A stretch of DNA of 64,000 nucleotides from Mycoplasmatota bacterium. Its GTDB lineage: Bacteria; Bacillota_I; Bacilli_A; MAG-NZ. Of the stretch, positions 1 to 9,643 are shown piece after piece. Numbering within the stretch: position 1 is the first letter of the stretch; every line of letters starts with the position of its first letter. Under the pieces are notes generated by a model. It was not told the origin of the DNA. It ran no database searches and saw only the letters and a list, made by a program, of their open reading frames with translations. Position numbers and translations under genes: made by a program. The DNA lies in NCBI GenBank assembly GCA_018394315.1, contig CP074575.1, positions 2,016,615-2,080,614 on the forward strand, given 5' to 3'.

Positions 1-1640
1 TTTCCATTAAAGAAATATTTATAGTTATCATCAACTGAACTTTGAATAGTAACTATCACAATCACTCCAGCAAGATTTAAAATATTAGTGATCTCACTTA
101 ATCTTCTAAAATGCTCTTTAGTTGTATATTCATCTTTATATTTGCTGATGTCAGTACCCACACCATGAACTACGTTATTAAACGGTAAGTAATATGCTTT
201 TTTATCTTCCATGCATAATTTCTTCTCAATAAATCTAGCACAACTCTTTCTTCCAGAACCTTTATCTCCTGAAATGATTATTGTTAATGGTTTATGACCG
301 TATAATTTTTCTCTTTCTTCACTTGTTACACCTGATTTATACCAATTTAAATCTCTTTCTTCTCTTTGCTTCCTTAGTAATGACATACCATCATCTATTG
401 ATTCTATGATGATTCCACCACCTGAAATTTCATAATTATCTATTAAAACAAATCTAGAAGTACTTGATACATTTTCACTTAAATCAAATGCAACCTCTTT
501 ATCGGTTTTAATAATAATGTCAGCCACTTCATGTCTCTTAACACGATTAGCAATCTTATTATTTAAGTTTGATGCATCAAGAACTGAAACTATTTTCTCA
601 ATTTTACAAGTGACTTTCTTAGTACCAATCTTAATAATATACTCATAATTCTCAACAAGATCATCCTCACCTAACCAGAAAATTTTTGCTTTAAATCTTG
701 TTGAAATCTCAGGCTTTAATTCCTTTATGTTACAAGCAACTTCTCCTCTAGAAATATATATTTGTTCTTCTAAGGTAAATCCAGCAGCTTGTCCAATATA
801 GGCACTTTGTCTAACATCACCATTAAAATATTCAATAGAGTTTACTCTAGATTTTTTTCTAGAAGGGTAAAAAATAATTTCATCTTTTATAGAAATTTGT
901 CCTGAATCAATAGTTCCCGCTACAATTCTTCTATCATCACCATTAGCAGTGAACTTATAGACATCTTGAACCGGCATTCTGAAAGCTGATTCTTCAATAC
1001 TCTTATTTTCAAAATTATCTAGTGCTTCTAGAACATTATCATCTGTATACCATGACATATTATCTGAATGGCTGGCAACGTTATCTCCATAAAAACCTGA
1101 CACAGGAATAAATTTAGATGCAGTAACACCAATTTCAGATAAGAATTCTTCATATTCTTCTACAATTATGTCATACTTTTCTTTATCGTAATCAATAAGA
1201 TCCATCTTATTAACTATTACAACAATCTGCTTTATTCCAAGCATTGATAGTAAATATCCATGTCTTCTAGAGTTTTCCATAACTCCTTCTTGTGCATCTA
1301 TGACAAGTAATGCAGCTTCAGCTCTTGCTGCACCGGTAACCATATTTTTTAAAAACTCAATGTGACCAGGAGCATCCATAATAATATACTTTCTTTTATC
1401 TGAATTAAAGAAAACTCTTGCTGCATCAATAGTTATTCCTTGGGCCTGTTCATCTTTTAGTGCATCTAATAAAAATGCATACTCAAACGGTTTTGAATTT
1501 CTTTTACACGTCTCTTTTACTTGGTCAAGTTTACCTTCAGGAAGTGAATTAGTATCATGTAATAATCTACCAATCACTGTACTCTTACCGTGATCAACGT
1601 GACCTACAATAACAATACTCATATTCTCTTCATTAAACAT
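1..1640 (-). CDS. cysN: Sulfate adenylyltransferase subunit 1 (CysN/NodQ-type GTPase) with a C-terminal degenerate APS-kinase-like domain; runs off the left edge
   Basis: Not in the ORF track; translated by hand from ATG at 1640: [21 protein letters not shown]..., DAPGH, NKMD motifs. C-terminal [19 protein letters not shown]...EHFRRLSEI resembles CysC. Confidence 0.92.
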   Translation of the reverse strand, partial: MFNEENMSIVIVGHVDHGKSTVIGRLLHDTNSLPEGKLDQVKETCKRNSKPFEYAFLLDALKDEQAQGITIDAARVFFNSDKRKYIIMDAPGHIEFLKNMVTGAARAEAALLVIDAQEGVMENSRRHGYLLSMLGIKQIVVIVNKMDLIDYDKEKYDIIVEEYEEFLSEIGVTASKFIPVSGFYGDNVASHSDNMSWYTDDNVLEALDNFENKSIEESAFRMPVQDVYKFTANGDDRRIVAGTIDSGQISIKDEIIFYPSRKKSRVNSIEYFNGDVRQSAYIGQAAGFTLEEQIYISRGEVACNIKELKPEISTRFKAKIFWLGEDDLVENYEYIIKIGTKKVTCKIEKIVSVLDASNLNNKIANRVKRHEVADIIIKTDKEVAFDLSENVSSTSRFVLIDNYEISGGGIIIESIDDGMSLLRKQREERDLNWYKSGVTSEEREKLYGHKPLTIIISGDKGSGRKSCARFIEKKLCMEDKKAYYLPFNNVVHGVGTDISKYKDEYTTKEHFRRLSEITNILNLAGVIVIVTIQSSVDDNYKYFFNG

Positions 1641-1649
1641 AAGTTCCCC

Positions 1650-2543
1650 CTACATATACCCATCTTTACGAAGAGTTTCTAATCCACCATCTTCAGCATC
1701 CTGAGCTCTACCGCTTCTTTCAGCAATTGTTTTTAATTTCCCTGCCTTTAATTCTTCTACAATTTCTTCAACGGTTTTAGAACTTGATTCAATAGGGAAA
1801 GTACATGGATAACATCCTAAAGAACGGTATCTTTTTCCATCTCCTTGATTAAAATATAAACTAACCATAGGAATATCTTCTCTTTGTATATATTCCCAAA
1901 TATCCGTTTCAGTCCAATCTAATAAAGGATGAATTCTAACATGAGTTCCAGGAGCAAAATCAGTTTTATATTGATTCCAAAACTCTGGAGGTTGATTTCC
2001 TACATCCCAATCATTTGCTTTATCTCTTGGAGAAAAATATCTTTCTTTTGATCTTGAACCTTCTTCATCACTTCTTACACCTACAATAACACCAGTGAAG
2101 GGTTCTGGATTTTGTTCTAAGTCATATTCGTTTGTCTCATGATTAAATCTATATCTAGGTCCAGTTCCATGAAGTGTTGCCTTCAAAGCTTCTGATTTAA
2201 GTATTTGACAACATTCAATTCTTGTACAATTTCCATCAGAAAATGTTTTTTTATTTGCCAAGGCTTCTTCATTTTGCCCGTATCTCATATCAATTTTCCA
2301 CTCTTTAGCGTAATTATTTCTATACTCTATCATTTCAGGTATCTTAAAAGCCGTATCTACGTGCACTAATGGAAATGGAACATGCCCAAAAAAAGCCTTT
2401 CTAGTCAACCATACTAAAACAGTACTATCCTTACCAATACTCCAAAGCATACCTAAATCTTTGAAGTTTGCATATGCCTCCCGAATAATATGCATTGACC
2501 TTGCTTCTAATTTATCTAAATGTGTCATTTTATTACTCATCAC
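1650..2543 (-). CDS. cysD: Sulfate adenylyltransferase subunit 2
   Basis: SIGKDS PP-loop, [23 protein letters not shown]-terminal GYM; adjacent to cysN. Confidence 0.95.
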   Translation of the reverse strand: MMSNKMTHLDKLEARSMHIIREAYANFKDLGMLWSIGKDSTVLVWLTRKAFFGHVPFPLVHVDTAFKIPEMIEYRNNYAKEWKIDMRYGQNEEALANKKTFSDGNCTRIECCQILKSEALKATLHGTGPRYRFNHETNEYDLEQNPEPFTGVIVGVRSDEEGSRSKERYFSPRDKANDWDVGNQPPEFWNQYKTDFAPGTHVRIHPLLDWTETDIWEYIQREDIPMVSLYFNQGDGKRYRSLGCYPCTFPIESSSKTVEEIVEELKAGKLKTIAERSGRAQDAEDGGLETLRKDGYM

Positions 2544-2550
2544 AATACCC

Positions 2551-3900
2551 CTAAATAAATATATTCTCTTTTCTATTCACTATATAAAAACCTTTACGGT
2601 TTAAGCTATCTTTACGGTTATAAGTCATTTGAGTGTGGTCCATTTGCCTAAATATAGCTCCTGCTTCCTCAACTACGCATTGCATAGCACATGTATCCCA
2701 TTCACTTGTTAATCCAAAGCGATAGTATAAATCAGCTTCATTTCGAGCTATCATACATCCCTTTAGTGAACTACCAAATGATTTTACATTTACAATCTTT
2801 CTTTTATTCTTATTAATTAGGTCTTCTAATTCTTTAGTTCTGTGAGACTTGCTGCCGACTAGTGTTAACTCATTTTCTTTGCTAGATGAGTCAAGTTTTA
2901 TTACATTATCGCCTTTAATCATATATGACCCATTATCCATTGATGCATAATACATTTCATCAAATATTGGAGCATAAATTACACCTAAAACTGATTTTCC
3001 TTTATAACTAAGACCAATATTAACGGTAAACTCACCATTTCTATTAACAAATTCTTTTGTACCATCTAAAGGATCAACAATAAAACACCAATCATTTTCT
3101 AATCTTGATAAATCATCACTTGATTCTTCAGCTAAGATTGAAGCAAATCTATAATTTGATTTCAAATATCTGACTATTATCTCATTTGCTGACTTGTCAG
3201 CTTCAGTTAATGGAGAATCATCAGATTTATATTCAACTTCAAACTCTTTATTATAAATTTCAAGAATTTTATCTCCTGCACTCAAAGCAACATTAATTAA
3301 ATCTTTAGTAATGAACTCTAACTGCGTTTTGTATATGTAATTCTTGAGAATCCTAGTGCTTTCTTCAATAGATTCAATATTAGTATCAATAATCAAGTTA
3401 GGTTCCACGGGAATTTCATATGGTGAATCAATTCCAGTAAACTGTTTTATTTCCCCTGCTAAAGCTTTTTTATAGAGTCCCTTAGGGTCTCTTTGTATAC
3501 AATCATGTACACTTGCTGATATATAAACTTCATGAAAATCTTCACCTATTATATCCTTAGCTATCTTTCGCAATTCAATAGTTGGTGATATAAAAGAAAC
3601 AATTGTAATTATTCCAGCATCTTTAAATAATTTTGCAACTTCTGCAATTCGTCTAATGTTTTCTTTTCTATCTTCCATAGAAAATCCTAAATCTTTATTC
3701 AGTCCATGACGAATATTATCACCGTCAAGTCTATATACAACTCTTCCTTCATCTGTTAGTTGTTTTTCTACCTCAGAAGCAATTGTAGATTTACCACTAC
3801 CTGAAAGACCAGTTAACCAAATGACATAACCTTCTTGTTTTAAAATTTTTTCTTTATCTATTTTGTTTACTATACTTGAATGCCATTTAATATTATTCAT
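2551..3900 (-). CDS. cysC: Fusion of adenylyl-sulfate kinase (CysC) and 3'(2'),5'-bisphosphate nucleotidase (CysQ)
   Basis: N-half [39 protein letters not shown]-half [26 protein letters not shown]. Confidence 0.93.
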   Translation of the reverse strand: MNNIKWHSSIVNKIDKEKILKQEGYVIWLTGLSGSGKSTIASEVEKQLTDEGRVVYRLDGDNIRHGLNKDLGFSMEDRKENIRRIAEVAKLFKDAGIITIVSFISPTIELRKIAKDIIGEDFHEVYISASVHDCIQRDPKGLYKKALAGEIKQFTGIDSPYEIPVEPNLIIDTNIESIEESTRILKNYIYKTQLEFITKDLINVALSAGDKILEIYNKEFEVEYKSDDSPLTEADKSANEIIVRYLKSNYRFASILAEESSDDLSRLENDWCFIVDPLDGTKEFVNRNGEFTVNIGLSYKGKSVLGVIYAPIFDEMYYASMDNGSYMIKGDNVIKLDSSSKENELTLVGSKSHRTKELEDLINKNKRKIVNVKSFGSSLKGCMIARNEADLYYRFGLTSEWDTCAMQCVVEEAGAIFRQMDHTQMTYNRKDSLNRKGFYIVNRKENIFI

Positions 3901-3913
3901 ATTGACCTCACAA

Positions 3914-5719
3914 TTAATTGATTACTAAGTTAAACTCAACCAGATCAAGTAGTACTTTATAATCATTACTAATTTCATCTAGCTTCTTCTCTAAATCTAA
4001 ATTCACAACACCGTTCTCTTCAACAAATATTCTTTCATTTGCAGTCTTATGATTTTGAGTACTGACCAGTAATTCCTCATACATTTTTTCTCCTGGTCTT
4101 AACCCAGTAAACTTAATCTCAATCTCTTCATATGGTGTATATCCAGAAAGCCTAATCATTTTTTCTGCTAAGTCGAGTATCTTAACTGGTTCACCCATAT
4201 CAAGAACAAATATCTCTCCACCAGTAGCAAAGGCACCCGACTGGAGTACTAACTGACATGCTTCAGGAATTGTCATAAAATATCTAATGATATTTTCATG
4301 AGTTACTGTTACTGGCCCACCACATTTTATTTGTTTTTTAAACAGTGGTATTACGCTACCACTTGAACCTAATACGTTTCCGAATCTTACAGCTGAAAAG
4401 TTCGTTCTACCCCTTTTTTGTAATGTTTGAATTATGATCTCAGCAAAACGCTTTGTTGCTCCCATTACATTCGATGGATTTACTGCTTTATCAGTAGAAA
4501 TTAGTACAAACTTATCTACATCATGTTTAATCGCAGTTATAGCGGTATTATACGTTCCAAATATATTGTTCTTAACGGCTTCTTTTGGTGAGTGCTCCAT
4601 CAGTGGCACATGTTTATGTGCAGCTGCATGAAATACTATTTCTGGTTTATATTCAGTAAATACTTCTTCTAGTCTATTTAAATCCCTAACACTACCAATC
4701 AAGACTTTTATTTCAGTATTTAGCCTTTCATTCTTTTCGATTGTTCTTAATAGTTCTTGCTGTAAGTCATATGCACCATTTTCATATATATCAAATATTA
4801 TTATTTCTTTAGCCTTATAACTCACAATTTGCCTACAAAGTTCAGATCCGATTGATCCTCCACCACCCGTAATCAAAACTGTTTTTCCTTCAATAAACTC
4901 TAATATACCATTATCATCTAAGTCGATAGTATCTCGGCCTAACAAATCTTCTATATGAACATCTCTCACTTTGTTAATATCGTACCTATTATCAATATCT
5001 TCTAATCTAGGTAAGACTTTAGTTTTGATAGGTAATGTAGCTAAGACATTTATCATATTAGACAATGCTTTCTTACTTAATGAGGGTATGGCTACTATTA
5101 CAACTTGGATATTCTTTTCTCTAATTATCTTTTCAATATTCTTAAAAGGGCCTAGAATTGGAATATTTTTAAGAGTCTTGCCAATTTTATACTCTTTATC
5201 ATCAAGGAATGCTATTACTCTTAACATATAAAGCTCTTGATGTCTTGTAACATCTCTATATACTAAATCCCCGGCTTTACCGGCACCAATGATTAATGTA
5301 TTTTTAAGATTGAACTTATTGTTTCTTTTTTGTTTAAAATAAAAATAATACCTAAGAAAAAATCTAGAAGCTAAATATCCACTTGCCTCCAAGAACATTA
5401 CTGCCATTAATTTTAATACCGTAAATTCTATTAAGCCAACTATTACTAAAATGTAAATAATAGAATTTGAAAAGATAAATGAGTATGCTAATGATAGTAA
5501 ATCTTCAATAGAGGCTAAAGCCCATATTTTGTTATAGATTTTAAATATATAATTTATACATATTTTGATAACTGCTATTTCAATAAATAAAGTAATTAAT
5601 CTAGGGTCTTTAATATGTTCAAAAGAAAACTTAAATGTTATCGATTCAACTGTTACATAAATCACTAACACCATTAAAAAATCTAATAAAATGAAATATC
5701 GATTTAGTTTCTCTTTCAT
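3914..5719 (-). CDS. Membrane-bound nucleoside-diphosphate sugar 4,6-dehydratase (CapD/PglF/WbpM family), polysaccharide biosynthesis
   Basis: N-terminal TM helices, GAGKAG, TGGGGSIGSE, HAAAHKHVP, STDKAV, MGATK, RFGNVLGS, GLRPGEK. Confidence 0.93.
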   Translation of the reverse strand: MKEKLNRYFILLDFLMVLVIYVTVESITFKFSFEHIKDPRLITLFIEIAVIKICINYIFKIYNKIWALASIEDLLSLAYSFIFSNSIIYILVIVGLIEFTVLKLMAVMFLEASGYLASRFFLRYYFYFKQKRNNKFNLKNTLIIGAGKAGDLVYRDVTRHQELYMLRVIAFLDDKEYKIGKTLKNIPILGPFKNIEKIIREKNIQVVIVAIPSLSKKALSNMINVLATLPIKTKVLPRLEDIDNRYDINKVRDVHIEDLLGRDTIDLDDNGILEFIEGKTVLITGGGGSIGSELCRQIVSYKAKEIIIFDIYENGAYDLQQELLRTIEKNERLNTEIKVLIGSVRDLNRLEEVFTEYKPEIVFHAAAHKHVPLMEHSPKEAVKNNIFGTYNTAITAIKHDVDKFVLISTDKAVNPSNVMGATKRFAEIIIQTLQKRGRTNFSAVRFGNVLGSSGSVIPLFKKQIKCGGPVTVTHENIIRYFMTIPEACQLVLQSGAFATGGEIFVLDMGEPVKILDLAEKMIRLSGYTPYEEIEIKFTGLRPGEKMYEELLVSTQNHKTANERIFVEENGVVNLDLEKKLDEISNDYKVLLDLVEFNLVIN

Positions 5720-5763
5720 ATAATCACCCTTTTAGCAAAATTTATCCATAATCTAACAATGTA

Positions 5764-5773
5764 TTATAACATA
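5764..5773 (-). promoter_or_regulatory. Putative extended -10 promoter (TGTTATAAT) about 45 bp upstream of the dehydratase gene
   Basis: Minus strand reads ATGTTATAAT; no clear -35. Confidence 0.45.
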
Positions 5774-5861
5774 TTCTGTTGAATTTTATCATACCTTGAG
5801 GAAAAACGAATGGTCCTATTTAAAGAAAGGCACCATCTCATGGTACTTGATATAAATACTT

Positions 5862-5878
5862 TGTCGAAGTATGTCGAT
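5862..5878 (+). promoter_or_regulatory. Tandem Spo0A-box-like heptamers
   Basis: TGTCGAA-gta-TGTCGAT, 10-bp phased; a further TGACGAA at 6076-6082; consensus TGNCGAA. Confidence 0.45.
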
Positions 5879-5896
5879 TATCATAATTTATACTCT

Positions 5897-5927
5897 AAAA
5901 AAAATACCATAAGGACAGTTATGGTAT
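5897..5927 (-). terminator. Intrinsic terminator, likely expression platform of the riboswitch
   Basis: ATACCATAA/TTATGGTAT 9-bp stem, 6-nt loop, U7 tract on the minus strand. Confidence 0.85.
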
Positions 5928-5935
5928 GCATATAT

Positions 5936-6012
5936 ACTGTAACTGGCTGACTTACCTTGTGGCTTAGTCCCTAAAGTTTTGTGCCCTCCAATTTCTTGAA
6001 GTTTACCAATAT
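5936..6012 (-). ncRNA. Cyclic di-GMP-I (GEMM-I) riboswitch
   Basis: Minus strand: TTGGTAAACTTCAAGAAATTGGAGGGCACAAAACTTTAGGGACTAAGCCACAAGGTAAGTCAGCCAGTTACAG. Contains GGYAAAC, GAAA tetraloop, CAAA junction, CTAA receptor and CAGCC-GTTAC 3' end; terminator follows immediately. Confidence 0.85.
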
Positions 6013-6143
6013 TAAAATTTTTTCTAACATATATTACCATAAAAAAGTCAATTCAGCAAAGAAATTCACGTAAATTGACGAAATTAATATTAAATTTTAC
6101 GATTTAAGTTTTACACGCTAATTATAGTATTATATCATGACTT

Positions 6144-6752
6144 TTATAGTGTTATTATCTCATCTGCTAATTCTTTAGCGTCCAATTCGTCATGAGTTAC
6201 AATGATAGTTGTTATATTAGTTTTTGATATTACTTCTTTTAAGTCTTTTCTAATCTGAGATTTTAAATCTGTATCTAAATTACTAAATGGCTCATCTAGT
6301 AGTAATAAATCAGGTTTATAAATAATAGCCCGAGCTAAAGCTACCCTTTGTCGTTGCCCACCACTTAACTCATGTGGATACCTTTTCAAGTATTCTCTGA
6401 CCCCCACTAAATTAGCTACTTCTTCTACGCTTTGTTCTACATTATTATTTTTATTTAATCCAAACTTAATATTATCATATACATTCATATGAGGAAACAA
6501 AGCATACTCTTGAAAAAGAAACCCAATGTTTCTTTTTTCAGTTGGGAGATTATTAACACTTAAATCATTTATATAAACATTCCCACTACTAGGTTTCTCT
6601 AATCCAGCAATTATTCTTAAGATAGTGCTTTTACCGCAACCAGAAGGTCCTAATATAGCTAATGTATCACCCTTGCTAAGCGATAGATTAAAGTTACTCA
6701 GTACTTCCTCACTTGAGTTATATTTAAAATTTATATCAACTAATCTTAACAT
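6144..6752 (-). CDS. Fe3+ ABC transporter ATP-binding subunit (short, no C-terminal TOBE domain)
   Basis: GPSGCGKST, FQEYALFPHM, LSGGQRQR, LLDEP, VTHD. Confidence 0.9.
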   Translation of the reverse strand: MLRLVDINFKYNSSEEVLSNFNLSLSKGDTLAILGPSGCGKSTILRIIAGLEKPSSGNVYINDLSVNNLPTEKRNIGFLFQEYALFPHMNVYDNIKFGLNKNNNVEQSVEEVANLVGVREYLKRYPHELSGGQRQRVALARAIIYKPDLLLLDEPFSNLDTDLKSQIRKDLKEVISKTNITTIIVTHDELDAKELADEIITL

Positions 6753-8368
6753 TAGCTCTGCCTCCTTAATCTATTTGTAACAACTATCGCAATAATACAT
6801 AAGAGTACAATAACAAGAGATGGATATGATGCTACTGGGATCATTTCATCAGTAGCATATTGATAAACTTTAGTACCTAAAGTATCATAATTAAACGGTC
6901 TTAGTTTTAAAGTAATAGTCACCTCTTTTATAATGTCAATAAATACTAGAATAAATGCATTGATAGTTACTATTTTTAATAGTGGTAAATCAATTTTAAA
7001 AAATGTTTTAGTAGTGTTCTTACCCATCGTCTTAGAAGCTTCATAATACTTATTACCCATCTTCTCGTAACTAGATAAAACACCATTAAACCCAACTGAC
7101 AAGAATCTTATTATGTATGCGAAAACTAAGATTAATGGACTCATAGTAAATAATAGTGTTCTTGTATTAGGATTAAATAGCTTATATAACCATACCATAT
7201 TCCTGTCAACGAAAATGAAAATTATTAGTGTTCCTAAGGCGATAATAGCTCCAGACATAGAGTAACCTAATAATACAACACTAGATGCTAGCCTTTTATA
7301 AATCGGCTTAGACAGTCGTAGAACATTAGCTATTATAAGGGATATCATGATAATTAATACTGAAGCGATTAATCCAATTGAAACAGTTCTAAGAATAAGC
7401 TCTAATAAGTTAACTCTCTTAAACATGTCCACTTCCCTTATTGCCCAGTATATCTGCTGAAGAATCGGGAATAAAAAGCCAAAAGAAAACACCGAAAGAG
7501 TGAACACTGTAGCTAAAATGTTATGAATACCCTTTAGTTCTACTTTTTTTATTACCTTTACAGTGTTTGATGAACTAAAATATACCTTCCTTCCTCTAAG
7601 CAACTTTTCAAATATCAAGATTATAATAACTATTAACATAGCAATTAAAGCTAACTTTATTGCCGACTCATGCTCTCCTAACCCATACCAAGTTTTAAAT
7701 ATTGCACTTGTAAACGTCGGAATACCGAAAAACGTCACAACAGCGTAATCAGCTAGTGTCTCTAATAATACTAATGTTGACCCAGCTATTATTGCCGGTC
7801 TTGATAAAGGTAATATAACTCTTCTAAATATACTAAAACTTGACTTACCAAGCGTTCTAGCTGTTTCAATATAACTTCCAGTTTGTTTAGCTAAGTAACT
7901 TTTAGTTATTAAATAAACATATGGGTAAAGTGTTATTGAAAATATAAATATTGCCCCTGGCATACTTAAAATATTAAAGAACTCTTGATTTAAATTCAGT
8001 CCAATACTCCTTAACGTACTTTGGATAACTCCAGTATAATTTAGCATCCCTTCATAAGTATATCCAGCTATATAAGTTGGTATTGATAATGGTAGTATTA
8101 ACAAGAATCCCATATACCTACTGAAGATAAACTTATAATAAGTAGTAATATATGCTAGTGAATATCCCAAAATAGCCGAAACAAGTGCTGCAAATAAGCC
8201 AAGAACAAGAGTATTCTTAATATAACTAAATAAGGTGTTTTCTAATATTGTTTTAAAAAACTCACTATTAGGTGTAAATATATATGTAAGTAAAACTAGT
8301 ATTGGTAATGCTACAATAATTAGTAGTATTAATGCTAAACTTTTCCAAATTAAAATATCTTTCTTCAT
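6752..8368 (-). CDS. Fe3+ ABC transporter permease (FbpB/FutB type)
   Basis: Multiple TM helices, duplicated EAA-like loops, LRPFNYDTL. Confidence 0.9.
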   Translation of the reverse strand: MKKDILIWKSLALILLIIVALPILVLLTYIFTPNSEFFKTILENTLFSYIKNTLVLGLFAALVSAILGYSLAYITTYYKFIFSRYMGFLLILPLSIPTYIAGYTYEGMLNYTGVIQSTLRSIGLNLNQEFFNILSMPGAIFIFSITLYPYVYLITKSYLAKQTGSYIETARTLGKSSFSIFRRVILPLSRPAIIAGSTLVLLETLADYAVVTFFGIPTFTSAIFKTWYGLGEHESAIKLALIAMLIVIIILIFEKLLRGRKVYFSSSNTVKVIKKVELKGIHNILATVFTLSVFSFGFLFPILQQIYWAIREVDMFKRVNLLELILRTVSIGLIASVLIIMISLIIANVLRLSKPIYKRLASSVVLLGYSMSGAIIALGTLIIFIFVDRNMVWLYKLFNPNTRTLLFTMSPLILVFAYIIRFLSVGFNGVLSSYEKMGNKYYEASKTMGKNTTKTFFKIDLPLLKIVTINAFILVFIDIIKEVTITLKLRPFNYDTLGTKVYQYATDEMIPVASYPSLVIVLLCIIAIVVTNRLRRQS

Positions 8369-8383
8369 AATAGCTCCTTAAGC

Positions 8384-8407
8384 AAAAAGCAGTCTTGACT
8401 GCTTTTT
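8384..8407. terminator. Intercistronic hairpin between the binding-protein and permease genes
   Basis: AAAAAGCAGT-cttg-ACTGCTTTTT inverted repeat. Confidence 0.7.
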
Positions 8408-9431
8408 AATTATCCCAGTTTACTTCTTCAAAGATTGCTACTGCATCTTTGTTAAACTCACCTAATAAACTTAAGTTAATATCCTGAGTTTCAAATTCTC
8501 CCCAGGATTTTAATAATTCACTTGGCTCAACATTTGGATTAACTGGATATTCATAGTTTGCTGAAGCATAAATACTTTGTGCATCCTCTTCTGTTAAATA
8601 CTCCATTAGTTTAATCGCGTTATCTTTATTCTTCGCATGCTTAGTTAATCCTATCCCACTAATATTTACATGAGTACCACCATTATCTTGGTTAGGGAAG
8701 AATACCCCTACTTTTTCTACAGCACTAGTTTGTTCAGCATCATCTGAGTAAATCATTTTACCAATGTAATAAGTATTCATAATAGCTATATCTCCAATAC
8801 CAGCAGCAACAGCTATCGCTTGAGCTCTATCATTACCTTCTGGAGTTCTAGCCATATTATTTTTAATTACACTAGCCCATTCTTTAGCTTCTTCATAACC
8901 TTTTGTAGCTACGAATGACGATAGTAATGATTGATTATATATATTTGAAGCTGATCTTATTAAGATTTTACCAACCCATTTGTCATTAACTAAGTCTTCA
9001 TAAGTTGACAATTCATCAGGACTAACTCTATCTAATGAATAAACAATAACTCTTGCTCTCATTGTAAGCCCAAACCAATATCCTTCATCATCTCTTAAAT
9101 TATTTGGAATGTTTTCATTTAAAACTTCATTTTCAATTGACTGCAGTAAACCACTTGATTTCGCTACTTCTAAGTTAGCAGCATCACTAGTAATGAATAA
9201 ATCGGCTAAAGTGTCTTCACCTTCGGCTTCCATTCTAGTAATTAATGTGCTCCCTTCGTCTTTAACAACATTAACAGTAATTCCTGTTTCTTCTGTAAAT
9301 TGATCTAGTAATTCTTGATCTGCATCATAGTGTCTACTCGTATATAGGTTTACAACTTGCTCCTTTTCAGCACAACCTGTTAGTAAAATAGTTACTAACA
9401 ATAACATACTTAAAATAATCTTCTTCATCAT
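8406..9431 (-). CDS. Fe3+ ABC transporter substrate-binding lipoprotein (FutA/FbpA type)
   Basis: Lipobox LTGC, YTSRHY, SNIYNQSL, NTYY, GTHVNISG. Confidence 0.92.
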   Translation of the reverse strand: MMKKIILSMLLLVTILLTGCAEKEQVVNLYTSRHYDADQELLDQFTEETGITVNVVKDEGSTLITRMEAEGEDTLADLFITSDAANLEVAKSSGLLQSIENEVLNENIPNNLRDDEGYWFGLTMRARVIVYSLDRVSPDELSTYEDLVNDKWVGKILIRSASNIYNQSLLSSFVATKGYEEAKEWASVIKNNMARTPEGNDRAQAIAVAAGIGDIAIMNTYYIGKMIYSDDAEQTSAVEKVGVFFPNQDNGGTHVNISGIGLTKHAKNKDNAIKLMEYLTEEDAQSIYASANYEYPVNPNVEPSELLKSWGEFETQDINLSLLGEFNKDAVAIFEEVNWDN

Positions 9432-9474
9432 TTTCTCCTTCTTTTTTACACTTCTTCTTTTAGTTTACGAAATT

Positions 9475-9502
9475 ATTATAGCACATTTGTTAGGCTTGTC
9501 AA
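9475..9502 (-). promoter_or_regulatory. Sigma-A promoter of the iron ABC operon, with a weak Fur-box-like site upstream (about 9527-9545)
   Basis: TTGACA-16-TATAAT with TG extension; AATGATTATAATT resembles the Fur core. Confidence 0.7.
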
Positions 9503-9610
9503 ACATTTTGATAATCTAATTTAGTTAGAAATGATTATAATTAAAAAAACGCCTTAGTAAAGGCATTTTTCTAATATTATGGTATAAATTTCCAAACTAG
9601 ATTTCATAAG

Positions 9611-9635
9611 AAAAGCACCTATTTTAAAGGTGCTT
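9611..9635 (-). terminator. Terminator after ackA
   Basis: AAGCACCT...AGGTGCTT inverted repeat with A/U tract. Confidence 0.65.
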
Positions 9636-9643
9636 CTAATCTA

